Notes: a model not told the origin generated them from the letters alone. 64,000 nucleotides of DNA from Minutocellus sp. GHC0000111 (GCA_977018835.1 OZ361260.1:1-64000); one strand, 5' to 3'. Shown: positions 12,500 to 24,210, counted from the first letter of the stretch. Numbers and translations: made by a program.

Positions 12500-12608
12500 A
12501 GATACTTGCTAGTCTAAAAATTATTGAAGAAGGGACATCCTTCAGCTCTTGTGCGGAGGCTGTATAAAATGCGACGTGAAAAGGGCGATTGGTCATTGAA
12601 ACGTTAGT

Positions 12609-14360
12609 TTACCCGACAACTTCTCTCTCTATATAGTCATCTCTTCCTCCTCTTAACATTTTCTTACTGGAACTTGACTTGATTGTATTAGTCGGGGCCC
12701 GCTTTTTGCTAAGGTGCATTAAACTAGTAGAAGCAGAAGTTAGGCCACCTGATGACTTTAGCTCATCGTAATTTTCCCGAAGAGATTTGATCCTCCGACG
12801 AAGTTGATTCTTTCGCTGCGGCAGAGATATGCCTTCTACATCTACAATTGCCTTTTCATTGATCTTCTTCTTCTTTGTTCTAGAAGACAAATCAGTGGTT
12901 GGGAAGACAAAACCAGCCGCAACCAGTATCTCGTACCTGTCTGCATTTGGGTATCGAATCGCCATGACCACGGCCTTGTTCATTCGCGGCTGGCTTTTCC
13001 TTCCGCCCTTTTCCTTCGGATTAATAAACAGTGATTCTTCCTCGGCCGTAAGCACAAAATCCTGAGGAAGTTTTGTACATGATTCATCTTTAGACGAAAA
13101 GAGCCGATCCATAGCTTTGAGTTTGGCTTGCATACTTTGTTCTTCTGCGGGCGGAGGACCCACCTTGTCATCCGCCTCATTTTGAATTAGGGATGTTTGG
13201 GGAGCGCTAGATATACCCCCGTCGGCATGCTTTGGATAACAACCGGTACCGCCCGCTTTAAATGCTCCTGGCATGGAACCATGAAGAGTAAATTGGCAAA
13301 GGATAGGAGTAGATAAATCTCCGCCCAAATCACAAGGTAGAACTCGTTTCGGCAAAGAGTGCTGTTCGAGGCTGCCAAGAACAGTTACCTCATCACCACA
13401 ATGAATACGAAATCTCAGACGCATCTCTTTGCCGTAGATCCACTTCATCGTCCCTATGCAGGCACCGGACAATCTGCTGACGTAGCACAAATGGATACCC
13501 TTGACCGTGAGCGGTAGGCTCTTGATCATGAGCGTGGTGATTTGGCTGCCACGTGTAGAAAACATCCACTCAAAAGGCATGTGCCGGCCATCCATCACAA
13601 ATACTACGCCCTGTTCTCGCATGCAGTCGTCAGCGATTACAGACTCTAGCAGATACCAAAAGCCACGAAGTTCTTCGTCGGCGGAATATTCCGCAAACTT
13701 GCGTCGGCCGGGATATATGCAGATGATTGCTCTACCGGCTGTGTCTGTGTACGGCAAAAGTCGGTACACCGCACGTTCGGCAAGGGCTTCAATGTCGGAC
13801 TTGCTCATTCCCAAGTCGGACTCAAATGCCCGCTCTGGACCAAACAATTCCACGCGAGCCTCCCAATACTGGGCCATGCGAAGAGCCGCCGCCCCGGCGT
13901 CGCCATCGGCGTAGTCCAAGAACATGCCCTTTCGTTTGGCGTTGACCAGCTGTGGCTTCAATTCGCGGGCAAATCTATAGGCCGAGTTTTTCTCGATGGG
14001 GAGCTGTTGTATTTGAGTGTTCATGTCCCGCAGCAGATCCACCTGGCTCGGAGTTGGACTGGTGCTGGGAAGATCAGTAGTTGAAGCGGCGGCGCCATAA
14101 ATCGACGAGACGTTCAGTTGAAGAGCCTCCCGGAGAGTTGTGCTCAGACCAGGCACGCCGGAAACATCCGCATGTATCTCCGCAATTTCCGCAGCGGTCA
14201 GGGCCGATATTTCCCTCTGAGCTTCCTCGTGAGTCATCGACTTCAGATTATACTTCGGCAGCAGCTTTGCAACGAGTCTGTCACCATCGTCGCCTTCGAT
14301 TATCTGGTTCTCGGCACTGTGACTTTTGGCTGTTGCCTGTTGCTGTCTTGGGAAAGACAT
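12609..14360 (-). CDS. CRAL-TRIO/Sec14-like protein of the expanded diatom type
   Basis: AALRMAQYWEARVELFG, DTAGRAII, GVVFVMD, LPLTVKGIHLC, RFRIHCG and LPCDLGG motifs; basic C-terminal extension. Confidence 0.8.
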   Translation of the reverse strand: MSFPRQQQATAKSHSAENQIIEGDDGDRLVAKLLPKYNLKSMTHEEAQREISALTAAEIAEIHADVSGVPGLSTTLREALQLNVSSIYGAAASTTDLPSTSPTPSQVDLLRDMNTQIQQLPIEKNSAYRFARELKPQLVNAKRKGMFLDYADGDAGAAALRMAQYWEARVELFGPERAFESDLGMSKSDIEALAERAVYRLLPYTDTAGRAIICIYPGRRKFAEYSADEELRGFWYLLESVIADDCMREQGVVFVMDGRHMPFEWMFSTRGSQITTLMIKSLPLTVKGIHLCYVSRLSGACIGTMKWIYGKEMRLRFRIHCGDEVTVLGSLEQHSLPKRVLPCDLGGDLSTPILCQFTLHGSMPGAFKAGGTGCYPKHADGGISSAPQTSLIQNEADDKVGPPPAEEQSMQAKLKAMDRLFSSKDESCTKLPQDFVLTAEEESLFINPKEKGGRKSQPRMNKAVVMAIRYPNADRYEILVAAGFVFPTTDLSSRTKKKKINEKAIVDVEGISLPQRKNQLRRRIKSLRENYDELKSSGGLTSASTSLMHLSKKRAPTNTIKSSSSKKMLRGGRDDYIEREVVG

Positions 14361-14543
14361 TCTTGCACGCGCGGCCTCGCCCTTCTCTCTGACGCGTTTA
14401 TAGCAGCAGGGGCGTGGATACCTACGTCAAAACTACAAAGTTGGTGATTGACAGGGTCCTTGGCATGCTCCTTGCCGGCCAGTCGCATGCGTTTTGCTTT
14501 CTTCGCTGCTCGACGCCGAAGCAAGTCAGGAACGCATGAGACT

Positions 14544-15121
14544 GGCCGGTGATGTAGGCAGGGATTGACTGCAGGGAGGACTTGAGGAAAACTTGACTTT
14601 CGGATGACGTGTCGAAAAGTTTATGAGCTCACGGACCCCACCAGTTTTTCTGCGTGAGCATGTTGATTCTTACATGTGTAACAATTTTCTACACAGTCGT
14701 TTTGTCATGTTGACATGCTCAGGCGTTGGAAAGTGGAGAAAGTAGGTTAGAACAAGCAAAACCAGCCGCAAATAATTACTCATAGCGCCGTTCAGGTCCA
14801 CTTCTAAATCCTCTAAACTGCTCGTAGCAACCGGCCGGTGATGTAGGCAGGGATTGACTGCAGGGAGGACTTGAGGAAAACTTGACTTTCGGATGACGTG
14901 TCGAAAAGTTTATGAGCTCACGGACCCCACCAGTTTTTCTGCGTGAGCATGTTGATTCTTACATGTGTAACAATTTTCTACACAGTCGTTTTGTCATGTT
15001 GACATGCTCAGGCGTTGGAAAGTGGAGAAAGTAGGTTAGAACAAGCAAAACCAGCCGCAAATAATTACTCATAGCGCCGTTCAGGTCCACTTCTAAATCC
15101 TCTAAACTGCTCGTAGCAACC
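14544..15121. repeat. Exact 289-bp direct tandem duplication (14544-14832 and 14833-15121)
   Basis: Both units run from ggccggtgatgtaggcaggg to ctgctcgtagcaacc. No mismatch seen. Confidence 0.95.
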
Positions 15122-15590
15122 ATGTTCGTCGTCTCGACTCGAAGCGACGAGCCGAGAATCCGTCACTCCATCAGAGCACCTACCAGTCTCAAAATGATTC
15201 TTTGCCTCCTCAGCGACCCTAGCTGCCTCTACCCTCGAGCCTAGAACAAAATGCAATCGTGACCTCTTGTGCAGGGAGAGACCTCGGGCAATGGCACCGG
15301 CAAGCGCTCGACGACATAGGTGCAGGGTGTGACAGAACAAGCTCTCTCCACACACCCTTGACGACCTCAGTCTCGAAAATGGGCGAATTGTGTGCCGCAT
15401 CACCCCGAGCTACCGCCATGCGAGCACAGACTTTCAGCACCTCTTGAAAGTCTTCGTTGGTCTCACCGTACGCTCCGATGACGAATGGAATGACGCCTCC
15501 CCTGCAGAAGGTGTTGCAGGCGCGTTCTGGAATGGACGGACCAGAAATGCCATCGTTGCCGTTCCCCACTACATTTGGAGCGAAGATCTG
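15065..15590 (-). mobile_element. Degenerate 3' end of a non-LTR retrotransposon (restriction-like endonuclease region)
   Basis: Frameshifted segments GGVIPFVIGAYGETNEDFQEVL and RRALAGAIARGLSLHKRSRLHFV resemble the C-terminus of RLE-bearing non-LTR ORFs. No RT domain is present. Confidence 0.5.
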
Positions 15591-15775
15591 ATCAATCCTC
15601 TTCTTAGAATGTAGATGTAGGCAAGAAAGAGCTCAATTCGGAGATCAATTGTTTGAATCAATATATCCTAATTGGCGTATTAAATTGCATTCAGTTCACT
15701 TTGATCTGCCGCTGGTGCAAGCATGTAGGAATTCCTCGGCCTCTCGACTTTTTAGGTGGTTGAATTAATTAATTG

Positions 15776-17366
15776 CGTCATTTCAGCGTCATCATCATTC
15801 TTGCCAAAAAGCCACTCATCAGTCATGCTACGCTGGCCTCTTCTCGCCCACATCTTGTGCTGACTTTTGCCCTCCGCCAGATACTGCCGGCCGCAGTGGC
15901 GTGTATCATTGTGAGAGGAGTACCACGGATACCAAACATCAATACCATGAAAGACACCAATAGTATCAGCGAGGGAAATGCTGCCGCTGATGGAGATTCG
16001 AATGGTCAGAATCATCGACCGACACCACAGGCCGAAACGGCCACGGCCGGGAACGAGCACGACGGTACCGGCAGAGAGGCAAATAATGGTGACGAACAAG
16101 CCGCAGCAACCGCAGCAGAAGAACTACAGCAACAAGCAAATGATTCAAATAAGACGGCACCGGCCGGGTCATCCATGCCGGTGCAAACGCCATCCGAGCG
16201 GCTGCTGATCAAAATGTCGGTCCACAACAGCAACGTTGCAGTCGGACAAGGTCAATTGGTTGAGCAATTGTCCGTCGAGGATCGGCTACCGCCACCGACG
16301 ACGTCTGGAACTGGTCTTGGCGCAAGTATTGATTCTCTGGAGAAGGCGGAAAGTGACAAGCAAAGTTTAGGCAAGAAGGTCTCTGTGGATGAAAATGATG
16401 TCTACGACGACAAGGTTTGGTATGCATTAGGCATCACCGTGGCGCAACGGCTCGTTCATCTCAAGAAGTTGACTCGAATATCTAATGATGACGATAAAGT
16501 TGGCAGCAAAACTACGAATGAGGAATGGGATCAGGTTGTGTCGGGCATCGTAGATACGTTGCGTATCAGCAGTATCGACGCGGAAGAGAAGCAATTGGAA
16601 CTCATGGAGATATATCAAGATGATATTCAGCAACTGGTTGAAACAAGAATGAAGCGGCAGCAGCAAGGCTCTTCCTCGGCGATGGCAGAAGCAAATGAGA
16701 CGCCGCTTCATCCATCTGACTCATCGTTCGGGGTGTTTGGCTCGGCAATTTATCGACCGTTTCTTCTTTGCGGTCGGTTGAAGAGGAGAAAACACGTGAT
16801 AAAAGCAAAAATGAGAAGGCGCTCGATGGAAAATTGAGGAGAGAAGCATATGTTACCGGCGCAACGGCTGACGACGGGGAGATTAAAAGGGCCGAGAAAG
16901 CGAGAATTGCTTCGGAGGGGACTCTCCGTTCCAACCTTAATGACGCCGGGAGAACCGCCAGCGACGATATCCTCCGCCTCGTGCTATATCCTGACTCCAC
17001 CGACCCAGCAGTCACAGCGGATAGGCCCAATTCGCCATTGACCAGAGATGCAAGCAACGCAACCAATAATACCGCGTCTACGGGCACCCCGGGAGCCTTT
17101 CGTGTTCGGTCAATGGCGCATGGACCGAGCACAATCGAACGAGCTACCGCCGGGGATAGTGCAAGCCGCGAACATAGCTATTCCTATACCAACCGAAGCA
17201 GTTTAGCAGAGAGTTTCGTCAAGGGTCAAGATATCTGTGTCGAGGCGGTGGCATGTCATGACGGGAACGATATCGAAGAACAGCAAGTGGTCGTGATCGC
17301 CAAGGAAGTAACCATTTGGTCACAGCTACGACAGCCCAAAATCTTGGCCGTCATTGGATGTTTGAT
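15776..17366 (+). repeat. Segmental duplication, near-identical to 62412-64000
   Basis: Shared sequence starts at cgtcatttcagcgtc with an offset of 46636. The only differences seen are one T/C substitution and the 2-nt indel. Confidence 0.95.
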
Positions 17367-18261
17367 GCTGATTGCTGTGGCAATCGCGGTGCCAATTACT
17401 ATGAAGGCAGACTCGAAAATACCTTCTGAAGGTGTTGAAATGATTATGGAGGACGATGACGACCGAGACGAAGACAAGACCGAAGGAGGCATGCCCATCT
17501 TTGCTTGTAACTTTACGGAGCAATATACAAAACTGATTGGGAAAAGCCTAGGAGACTACGGCTTATCGATCAGCACTTCAGGAGAAGATGCAATCCGATG
17601 GCTTGGAGATCGCATGTCTTTTTTTAATTCGCCAAACAACCAATTTGCTTTTTGTGAGAAAGACGTGGCCGATCAGTCGCTTCTTCAAATTTACTCATTG
17701 GCCTCTATTTTCTTTTCATCGTCGCCGTCAAAGCGAAGTATTCTGGATCAGGCTGGGACTAAAGCACCCTTTTGTGATAAGAAGGAAGGCGATATTGGTT
17801 GGCCAAGTTCACTCGATGCTGGCGAAGATGTATGCCAATGGGAAGGAGTTATTTGCGACGAAAACACCACCGCTGATGTGTCACTTGATCTGAGCCGAAG
17901 AGGCTGGTCAGGAACAATACCGGATGAATTTATCATTTTGCAAGAGTCCTTGTCCTATCTTGACCTTTCGTTTAATGCCTATTCCGGCCCGTTGCCATCC
18001 ACGCTCGGATTGTTACAAAATCTTTTCTATCTGGACGTATCAGCGAACTCACTCACGGGGACAATCCCCTCCGCCCTAGCCAATCTCACAGTGGCATATG
18101 AAATTTATCTCGATAATAATTCATGGAATAGCACCGCAGCGCCCCCCGAAGTGTGTAACTTGAAAGAGACAGGAATCCTCACCATCCTCGCGGTTGGAGA
18201 AGGTTGTAGTTGTTGTTCGTCCTGTCCATCCCTTAGCCTTTACAGTCCCGATTGGATTTAA
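15947..18261 (+). pseudogene. FKBP_N-like / single TM / C-terminal LRR receptor-like protein, copy 1; 2-nt frameshift near 16750
   Basis: DDKVWYALGITVAQRL helical segment, PGAFRV motif, TM ILAVIGCLMLIAVAIAVPI, LRRNT-like CQWEGVIC and plant-type LRRs (LDLSFNAYSGPLPSTLG, LTGTIPS). This copy reads gcaatttatcg; copy 2 reads gcaatatcg. Confidence 0.8.
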
Positions 18262-18367
18262 AACGCTTCGTGGTGTGGGAAATGAAGCAGTCAAATGCAA
18301 TCCTCATGTAGACCTATATCTTATACATATGATACATACATTAGGTTATACTTACCTTAGAAATTAG

Positions 18368-20512
18368 CTATAGATCACTTTCTTCATAGTTCAAGGCTAC
18401 GAGTCTAAGCTCTCTTCTTCTCGTAGTAGCAATGTTCGATGCCGCAAGGGCAAGCTCATTTACCACGCGATTTGGCATCATACCCAACAATGTTTTGGCA
18501 TTGGTGGCATCCATCGGCGTTGTGACATGCGGGCTGAGCCTGTCCAATCCGGCATCGCCAATCATCCCGTAGATGTAAGTTGCGATTGGACTATTCGGCA
18601 TGTCAAATGCAGATTGCCCATCCCGACCGTCACGCAGGATTGTGAAAACAGTCTCATCTACTGTGACCGATCCATCTGTCGGAAACATGACTGTGATGTA
18701 ATCCTCAATTCTTGGCGGTGAATGTTCGTTGGTGATACAATCGCCCACAAGCAACGTCAATTCCGCCAGAGCTGCCAATACCGCTGCTTCCAATATTTTG
18801 GCTTTCATGTAAGTTTGCGCAATTTTGAGATTCTGACTTGCGCGTCCAATCATATTGTAGTACTCTTGGTTGGTGGGATATGCACGAAACTGGGCAAAGA
18901 TTACGGATGGGTCGAGGTAGGAAAAGAAACCGGCCATTCTCGAGAGAGCAGAGCTGTATTCTGATATGCGGTATGTCAGAGAGGCACCCGAAGCATGACG
19001 GAAGCAAACGTTTGATTCCGGCAGTAACGCCCACGTATTGGCCAGAAAACGAGAGGGACAACCGGCGAAATTGCCAACGTCGCGATTGGCCAATCCAACT
19101 GCTTTCTGTACCATCTGTACCAAGTCGGCATCGGTCAAAGGACCACCGTCGGCGTTACAGCTGCTCAGCTGCATCTGACATTTGTTCCTCACCAACACCA
19201 ATCGACCATACAATGCTTCCGACGGACTAATGCCATTCTCGTCGTTCGGTCTGAATGGTACCGTTGCTTCTATACATGCGACAATGGCCATGAGGTGTGG
19301 AAATGACAGTGTAGATTGCAAACATCGCACCGCAAAAATTGCCGACAGAAATTCGTTCATGCCCTTGAACGGGTCCAATTTTGTTATAGTAGACGATATG
19401 TCAAATCCAAATACATCGCAAATCATGGCAGGATAAGGATCCATTGCGGCATTGTAGGCAATTTCGGGCGAAAGAGAAAGGGTGGCATCGTTCGGATCAA
19501 TGGTTATGATGCCGTTGAGTTTGACCGATTGTGCAGGGGACAGCCCTCCGTCAATTTGATAATACACAACGTCGTGAAAGTATGCCGCAATGGTTTGAAT
19601 GGCATCAACTGGTTCGGCTGTACTGCTCTCTGAAGTGATATCCCACAAATGATCCAGAGAGTGAAAGCTGCGAGAAGGATTTGACATGCTGTCGTAAATT
19701 AGGACGGACCACTCCTCGATGAGATGACATGGTACTGCTGTGGTGGCTTCGGCTGATGCGTCGCCATTGATGCCGCCGGCAAGTAGAGTTGACACGGCCG
19801 ATTGTAGATTCAACGAAAGGCGCTGCAGTGTTGTCTCACTCGGTCTTTTGATTATATCGGCACCAGCACCGACGCCATTTGCCAAAGAAAAGGAGGAAGA
19901 AAGAGGCGTAACAACGTTCGGTCGACCTGGTGATGTTGCCGAAGAAACGCCGCTGTAACTATCAGCCGATTCGTTGCTTGCGCCTGATGCATCACTCGCT
20001 GCAAGTTTAACGCTGCGAGGCCACGGTATCTCAACTGGTCCTGAAAACAAACGATGCTTGTGCTCCAAGGCCTGCCGTCGTGAGCGTCTGCGCGATGCGG
20101 GCGTTGAAGTTATCAGCGGCAGCGGCGGTGCGAAACCCACGGCAGGCGACGGCAATGCGAAAGCAAAATGGAGGAGACCAACGCCTGTCGACCCGGCACT
20201 GATGAAGGTGGCGCTGGCAGCAGCAGCAGCGGTGGCAATTCGTCGTCGCCGTGCAGGCCCATGTGTTGTTTGTGCTTGCAATGAGGGTGACGTGGTGGAA
20301 GATGGTTGAGGCGACGTCATTGTTGTATCGCCTTCACGAGAGGAGTGCGTTGGTGTAGAAGCTGTGCCAACTTCAGAAATCACATGCATCTGCATGCGGC
20401 GCCGCTTCTTGGATTTGGTGGCCATCCCGCCGTTGCGGTCAGCAGGTGGCAAAGGAACACGGGCATGTGTCGTCATGGTGCCGTAAAAATCTGTGCACCG
20501 ATCGAAGAACAA
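18368..20512 (-). CDS. HD-superfamily-like predicted metal-dependent phosphohydrolase with a long N-terminal extension
   Basis: RSFHSLDH, AAYFHDVVYYQIDGG, GMNEFLSA, IEATVPF and NRDVGNF motifs. Confidence 0.7.
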   Translation of the reverse strand: MFFDRCTDFYGTMTTHARVPLPPADRNGGMATKSKKRRRMQMHVISEVGTASTPTHSSREGDTTMTSPQPSSTTSPSLQAQTTHGPARRRRIATAAAAASATFISAGSTGVGLLHFAFALPSPAVGFAPPLPLITSTPASRRRSRRQALEHKHRLFSGPVEIPWPRSVKLAASDASGASNESADSYSGVSSATSPGRPNVVTPLSSSFSLANGVGAGADIIKRPSETTLQRLSLNLQSAVSTLLAGGINGDASAEATTAVPCHLIEEWSVLIYDSMSNPSRSFHSLDHLWDITSESSTAEPVDAIQTIAAYFHDVVYYQIDGGLSPAQSVKLNGIITIDPNDATLSLSPEIAYNAAMDPYPAMICDVFGFDISSTITKLDPFKGMNEFLSAIFAVRCLQSTLSFPHLMAIVACIEATVPFRPNDENGISPSEALYGRLVLVRNKCQMQLSSCNADGGPLTDADLVQMVQKAVGLANRDVGNFAGCPSRFLANTWALLPESNVCFRHASGASLTYRISEYSSALSRMAGFFSYLDPSVIFAQFRAYPTNQEYYNMIGRASQNLKIAQTYMKAKILEAAVLAALAELTLLVGDCITNEHSPPRIEDYITVMFPTDGSVTVDETVFTILRDGRDGQSAFDMPNSPIATYIYGMIGDAGLDRLSPHVTTPMDATNAKTLLGMMPNRVVNELALAASNIATTRRRELRLVALNYEESDL

Positions 20513-20559
20513 TGAACAGCAAGAAAAATCCAGCTGTCAGCTGAGAGTGAAGTTGAGAT

Positions 20560-20562
<3 letters not shown>

Positions 20563-20604
<42 letters not shown>

Positions 20605-20617
20605 AAGAGAGAGAGAG
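20563..20617. repeat. Compound (TG)n / (AG)n microsatellite
   Basis: About 19 TG units followed by a short AG run. Confidence 0.95.
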
Positions 20618-20652
20618 TGTGTTAGAGTTGAAGGAGGTGCATTGTTGCGAGT

Positions 20653-20738
20653 GGATTGGTAAGGATATCGGATGTGGATGTAGGGGTGAGGAAAAGGATT
20701 GGTAAGGATATCGGATGTGGATGTAGGGGTGAGGAAAA
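20653..20738. repeat. 43-bp exact tandem duplication
   Basis: ggattggtaaggatatcggatgtggatgtaggggtgaggaaaa occurs twice in succession. Confidence 0.95.
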
Positions 20739-20899
20739 GATGCTTTGGAGCGGGGTTAGAGGTTGTTTAGGTGCACCGACTACTCCTTGTTCTTGCCACC
20801 CCCGAGAGTTTCACTTCCGCCTCTCCTTGACCTTTGGATTGGATGCCCTCTCCTCAGCCTTGAACTGCGCCGTCTGTTGGGCTTCATGTCCCTTGATGC

Positions 20900-21400
20900 C
20901 CTGAGTCCGACGATGACGATCTTCCTTAACGCCCTCTTGGTGGGCTCGCTCTACAAACGATTCGTCGAGCTATGGCAACAACAAGAAGAAACCAAGGACA
21001 ATAGAGTTCATCCACCATAACACCTCCACCAAAGGAACTCTCCTAGAGCACAATCGCGAGGAAGATGGCATGACGGATGACGACATCAAAGAGCTCTGCA
21101 AAGCTTGCTCTAATTTGCTCCACACTCTTTTGACGCAACATGTTCCAGGTTTCTGAAATGGCATGCATGAAATGGGATGATGAGGCAAAGAAGGCTGTGA
21201 GAGAGCTTGAAGCATTGATTGCAAGTGCCCTCAAGCAAGCACGGGCAATCGGTATTAGCATAACGCCCAAGTGGCACTTACTCGAAGATCACATCTTGGA
21301 CCAACACATTTGGCTAGTGAAGAATGGATGGGGCGGCATCTGTTGGCTGGAAAAGGACAAGGACCGAAGCTGTTAAAGCAGAAACTGATGACAAGCGCCA
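20900..21400 (+). mobile_element. Truncated DNA-transposase remnant (Chapaev/Transib-like C-terminal motif)
   Basis: Broken ORFs containing ISITPKWHLLEDH...GWGGI, like the PKxHxxxxH motif before the catalytic Glu of these DDE transposases. Confidence 0.4.
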
Positions 21401-21625
21401 ACAAATGATCATGATGGCCACCGATGGAGATGAGGATGTAGAGATGGGAGCAGGGCATGCATAAAATTAGAAAATGAAATTACACTACTGCTACACAACA
21501 ACAAATGTATTGCACAATCATCCAACTTTTACCATCAGAAATATTAACATTAGATAAAGCTCTCCAGCATTCTGCCAGCACTGCCCTTATTTTACCTGAG
21601 TCGGCCGCCTCAATGCCGGCCTTTT

Positions 21626-22440
21626 TCAGGAAATGGAAGTGAGGGGCATCGTCATCCTCGGCATCATCGACAGCTCCCATCTCTGGCTCGCCATCACCGT
21701 GCTTTTCTGACGACTCTTCTCAAAGCACTGCTGCATGCATGCTTCATGTGTAGCGTCCTCTCTTGCAACATCAGCTTCGTCCTCATAACAGGGCACATAG
21801 TCCTCGTCTTCGTCGTCATCGTCCTCACTGATCTCGCCGGCCTCCGTCGTGGTCAGGGTGCCCACCGTCCCAACATCGTCGTCATTGTCCCCCACCCATC
21901 GTCCTGGCCATTGCACCCACCAGGGAACTTCTGGGCCTCGAGCAACATCTGCCTGTTGATTTCGTAGTCCATCGCCGCATATCCCACCGATATATGTGGT
22001 GCGACCGACTTGAGGAATGCATTGCATGCCTTCGTCAAATTGAGCCGCGGCGGCGGTGTTTCGAGGCGAAATTGTTGCTCGACCATGTCGAAAGCCATCC
22101 ATCCATCATCATGGAGAGCGTCGGCTGCACGAGGATTGATAGAACCGAGGCGAACAAATATGCTCTTTTTGTATGGGTTCGCTTCGTCGGCAAGGCAGTG
22201 TCTTGATACCATTTCATCCCATCCATTCTGGTTGTCTGTCCTCACAAAAAACACATCGCAGTCTTCGTGTTTCTTCTTCTTCAAACCCAAGATGCCCGCA
22301 GTGTACATGACGGCGCCGTACATGATGGGACTGCATCCCAACACATTCATCAAGGAGTCGTTGTTGTTGCCGATGAAATTGTAGTAATGAAGTTCCTTTC
22401 TGCGAAGACGGACGAGTAGTTCAGCCAGGGCGTCCTGCAC
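21626..22440 (-). pseudogene. Frameshifted hypothetical ORF pair, probably transposon-derived
   Basis: Overlapping ORFs 21853-22440 and 21626-22102 with an acidic tract. No family recognised. Confidence 0.3.
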
Positions 22441-22834
22441 CGCAATTCTGTCTGCGGTGTTGACCGCGGGATTGCGGCCGTTATTTTTTTGCTCATGGAG
22501 AATTATGGATCGAGACCAACGGGAATATCACCAGGATGTCGGGAGTACCTGGTTGGTCTCGTGCCGTAATTCTCCCACACCAGCGCGAGATATCGCCTTC
22601 GTTCTGCACGTAGCGGCGGCAATTTGAATTTTTGCCGCCATGGTGGCTCGCGTTGGGCGCGCCGGTCGGTTGCTTCGCGCGCCGGCCGGCCACCGAAAGT
22701 GCGACCAAAAGTATGCGAGTCATCCGGCTGGCAGATGGTGCTGTGGCTCGGCCGGCCGGTCGGTCCCTGCCTTGCTCATCCTTTATCTCAGATGAGGTCA
22801 TGGGAATAAAAGTCAACGAGAAGCGGAGCATAAA

Positions 22835-23848
22835 ATGCACCTGAAGCAAAAATTTTCCGCGGCGTTATCGCTCGCAGTGCTATCGTTTGCATGCGTCAGA
22901 TCATCCGCCACATTTTCGAAGCAGTCCAGTCTCGTTGGGGGCACAAAAATAAGGATCAGGACCACCTCACCTCACAACGCATTACGAGCACCTCAAGACA
23001 AGCGACATGATGAGCAGGAATGCTCGAACGATTCGCTACCATGCGATGGGACTGATAACAGTCGCCGGAAAATATTCGACAGCGCTAGGAAAATAGCAGC
23101 CGCCTACGCGGGCGCATGTGCCACCGGGTCCACACGACTGCATGTACTGCAGCCCCCGCCGGCCAACGCCATATCGGCCGACGAAGCCTCCCGATCGTAC
23201 GACGTTTACGCCTCCACGTACGACGACCTCGACGGCGGATCGGCCGCCTCGGCCCTGGGCATCGACGCCGCCCGCTCGTCTCTCCTGTCCAAGGCGCGCG
23301 GACGTGTGTTGGAGGTGGGAGTCGGGACGGGCCTGAACGTCAACCGGTACAGCTTTGCGAATGGGGGCGTGACGGCACTGACCCTGGTGGACATTAGCGA
23401 CGGGATGCTGAACGAGGCCAGGGCCAAGATATCGAAACTGGGGCTACCGTCCAATGTTAAGGTGCAGTTTGTGAGGGCCGATGCCACGAAGGACCTCGCA
23501 GATAGGTTCGGTCGCAACGCATTCGATACCGTCGTAGATACCTTCTCGCTCTGCGTCATGGGGAACGACGGTGCCAAGGACTGCCTCGTGCAGATGCGGG
23601 ATGTCGTCAAGGCAGCCGACCAAAGTGGGCGGATACTGCTCATCGAGAATACTCGTTCGAACAATCCGTTGCTGGGATTGTATCAGGATGCCACCGCCGA
23701 CAAGGCAAGTCAGATGGGCGGGAAGGGGTGCGTGTACAACCAGGATGTTACCTCTATGGTAAAGAACACCGAGGGGTTGGATGTGTTGCGCGAAGAAGCC
23801 TTTGCTGCTGGTCTCTTTCGTTCGTTTGAGGCTGTACGGACGGATTAG
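22835..23848 (+). CDS. Class I SAM-dependent methyltransferase (type 11) with a plastid-type presequence
   Basis: VLEVGVGTG, LVDISDGML and FDTVVDTFSLC motifs. Signal peptide ending SSA-TF, then SRRKIF...PANA. Confidence 0.88.
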   Translation: MHLKQKFSAALSLAVLSFACVRSSATFSKQSSLVGGTKIRIRTTSPHNALRAPQDKRHDEQECSNDSLPCDGTDNSRRKIFDSARKIAAAYAGACATGSTRLHVLQPPPANAISADEASRSYDVYASTYDDLDGGSAASALGIDAARSSLLSKARGRVLEVGVGTGLNVNRYSFANGGVTALTLVDISDGMLNEARAKISKLGLPSNVKVQFVRADATKDLADRFGRNAFDTVVDTFSLCVMGNDGAKDCLVQMRDVVKAADQSGRILLIENTRSNNPLLGLYQDATADKASQMGGKGCVYNQDVTSMVKNTEGLDVLREEAFAAGLFRSFEAVRTD

Positions 23849-24210
23849 AATCTAGCTAGCTAGCTAGCTAGTAGACTAGACTCGAGACTACCTACCTACG
23901 TAGCAAGCTTGACAGGAGCTAGCTAGCACGTTGGCAATCTCTGACTCACTCATAGCTGCGGTATCATATTTCTACGTAGCTAGCTAGCTATATAGCTTTA
24001 TATAAATTAGAAACTAAATTGTATGTACAAAATTATTTGCATGTGGAACCCCCACACATGTTGGGCCCTTGATAGTCGTTGCTAAAGGCGCAGGCAGGCT
24101 GAAGAGTAGTAGCTACAATGAAAGATGAGAGGTGTGGCTTTCATCAAGCTGGGCCCAGCTAGCTAGCTAGTCCTAGAGCTACGTAGTACCGGTAGCTACT
24201 GTAGACCTAG

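Noticed and set aside
14544..15121. CRISPR array or LTR pair
   Set aside because: Two abutting copies with no spacers or internal region, no TG...CA ends, and a eukaryotic context.
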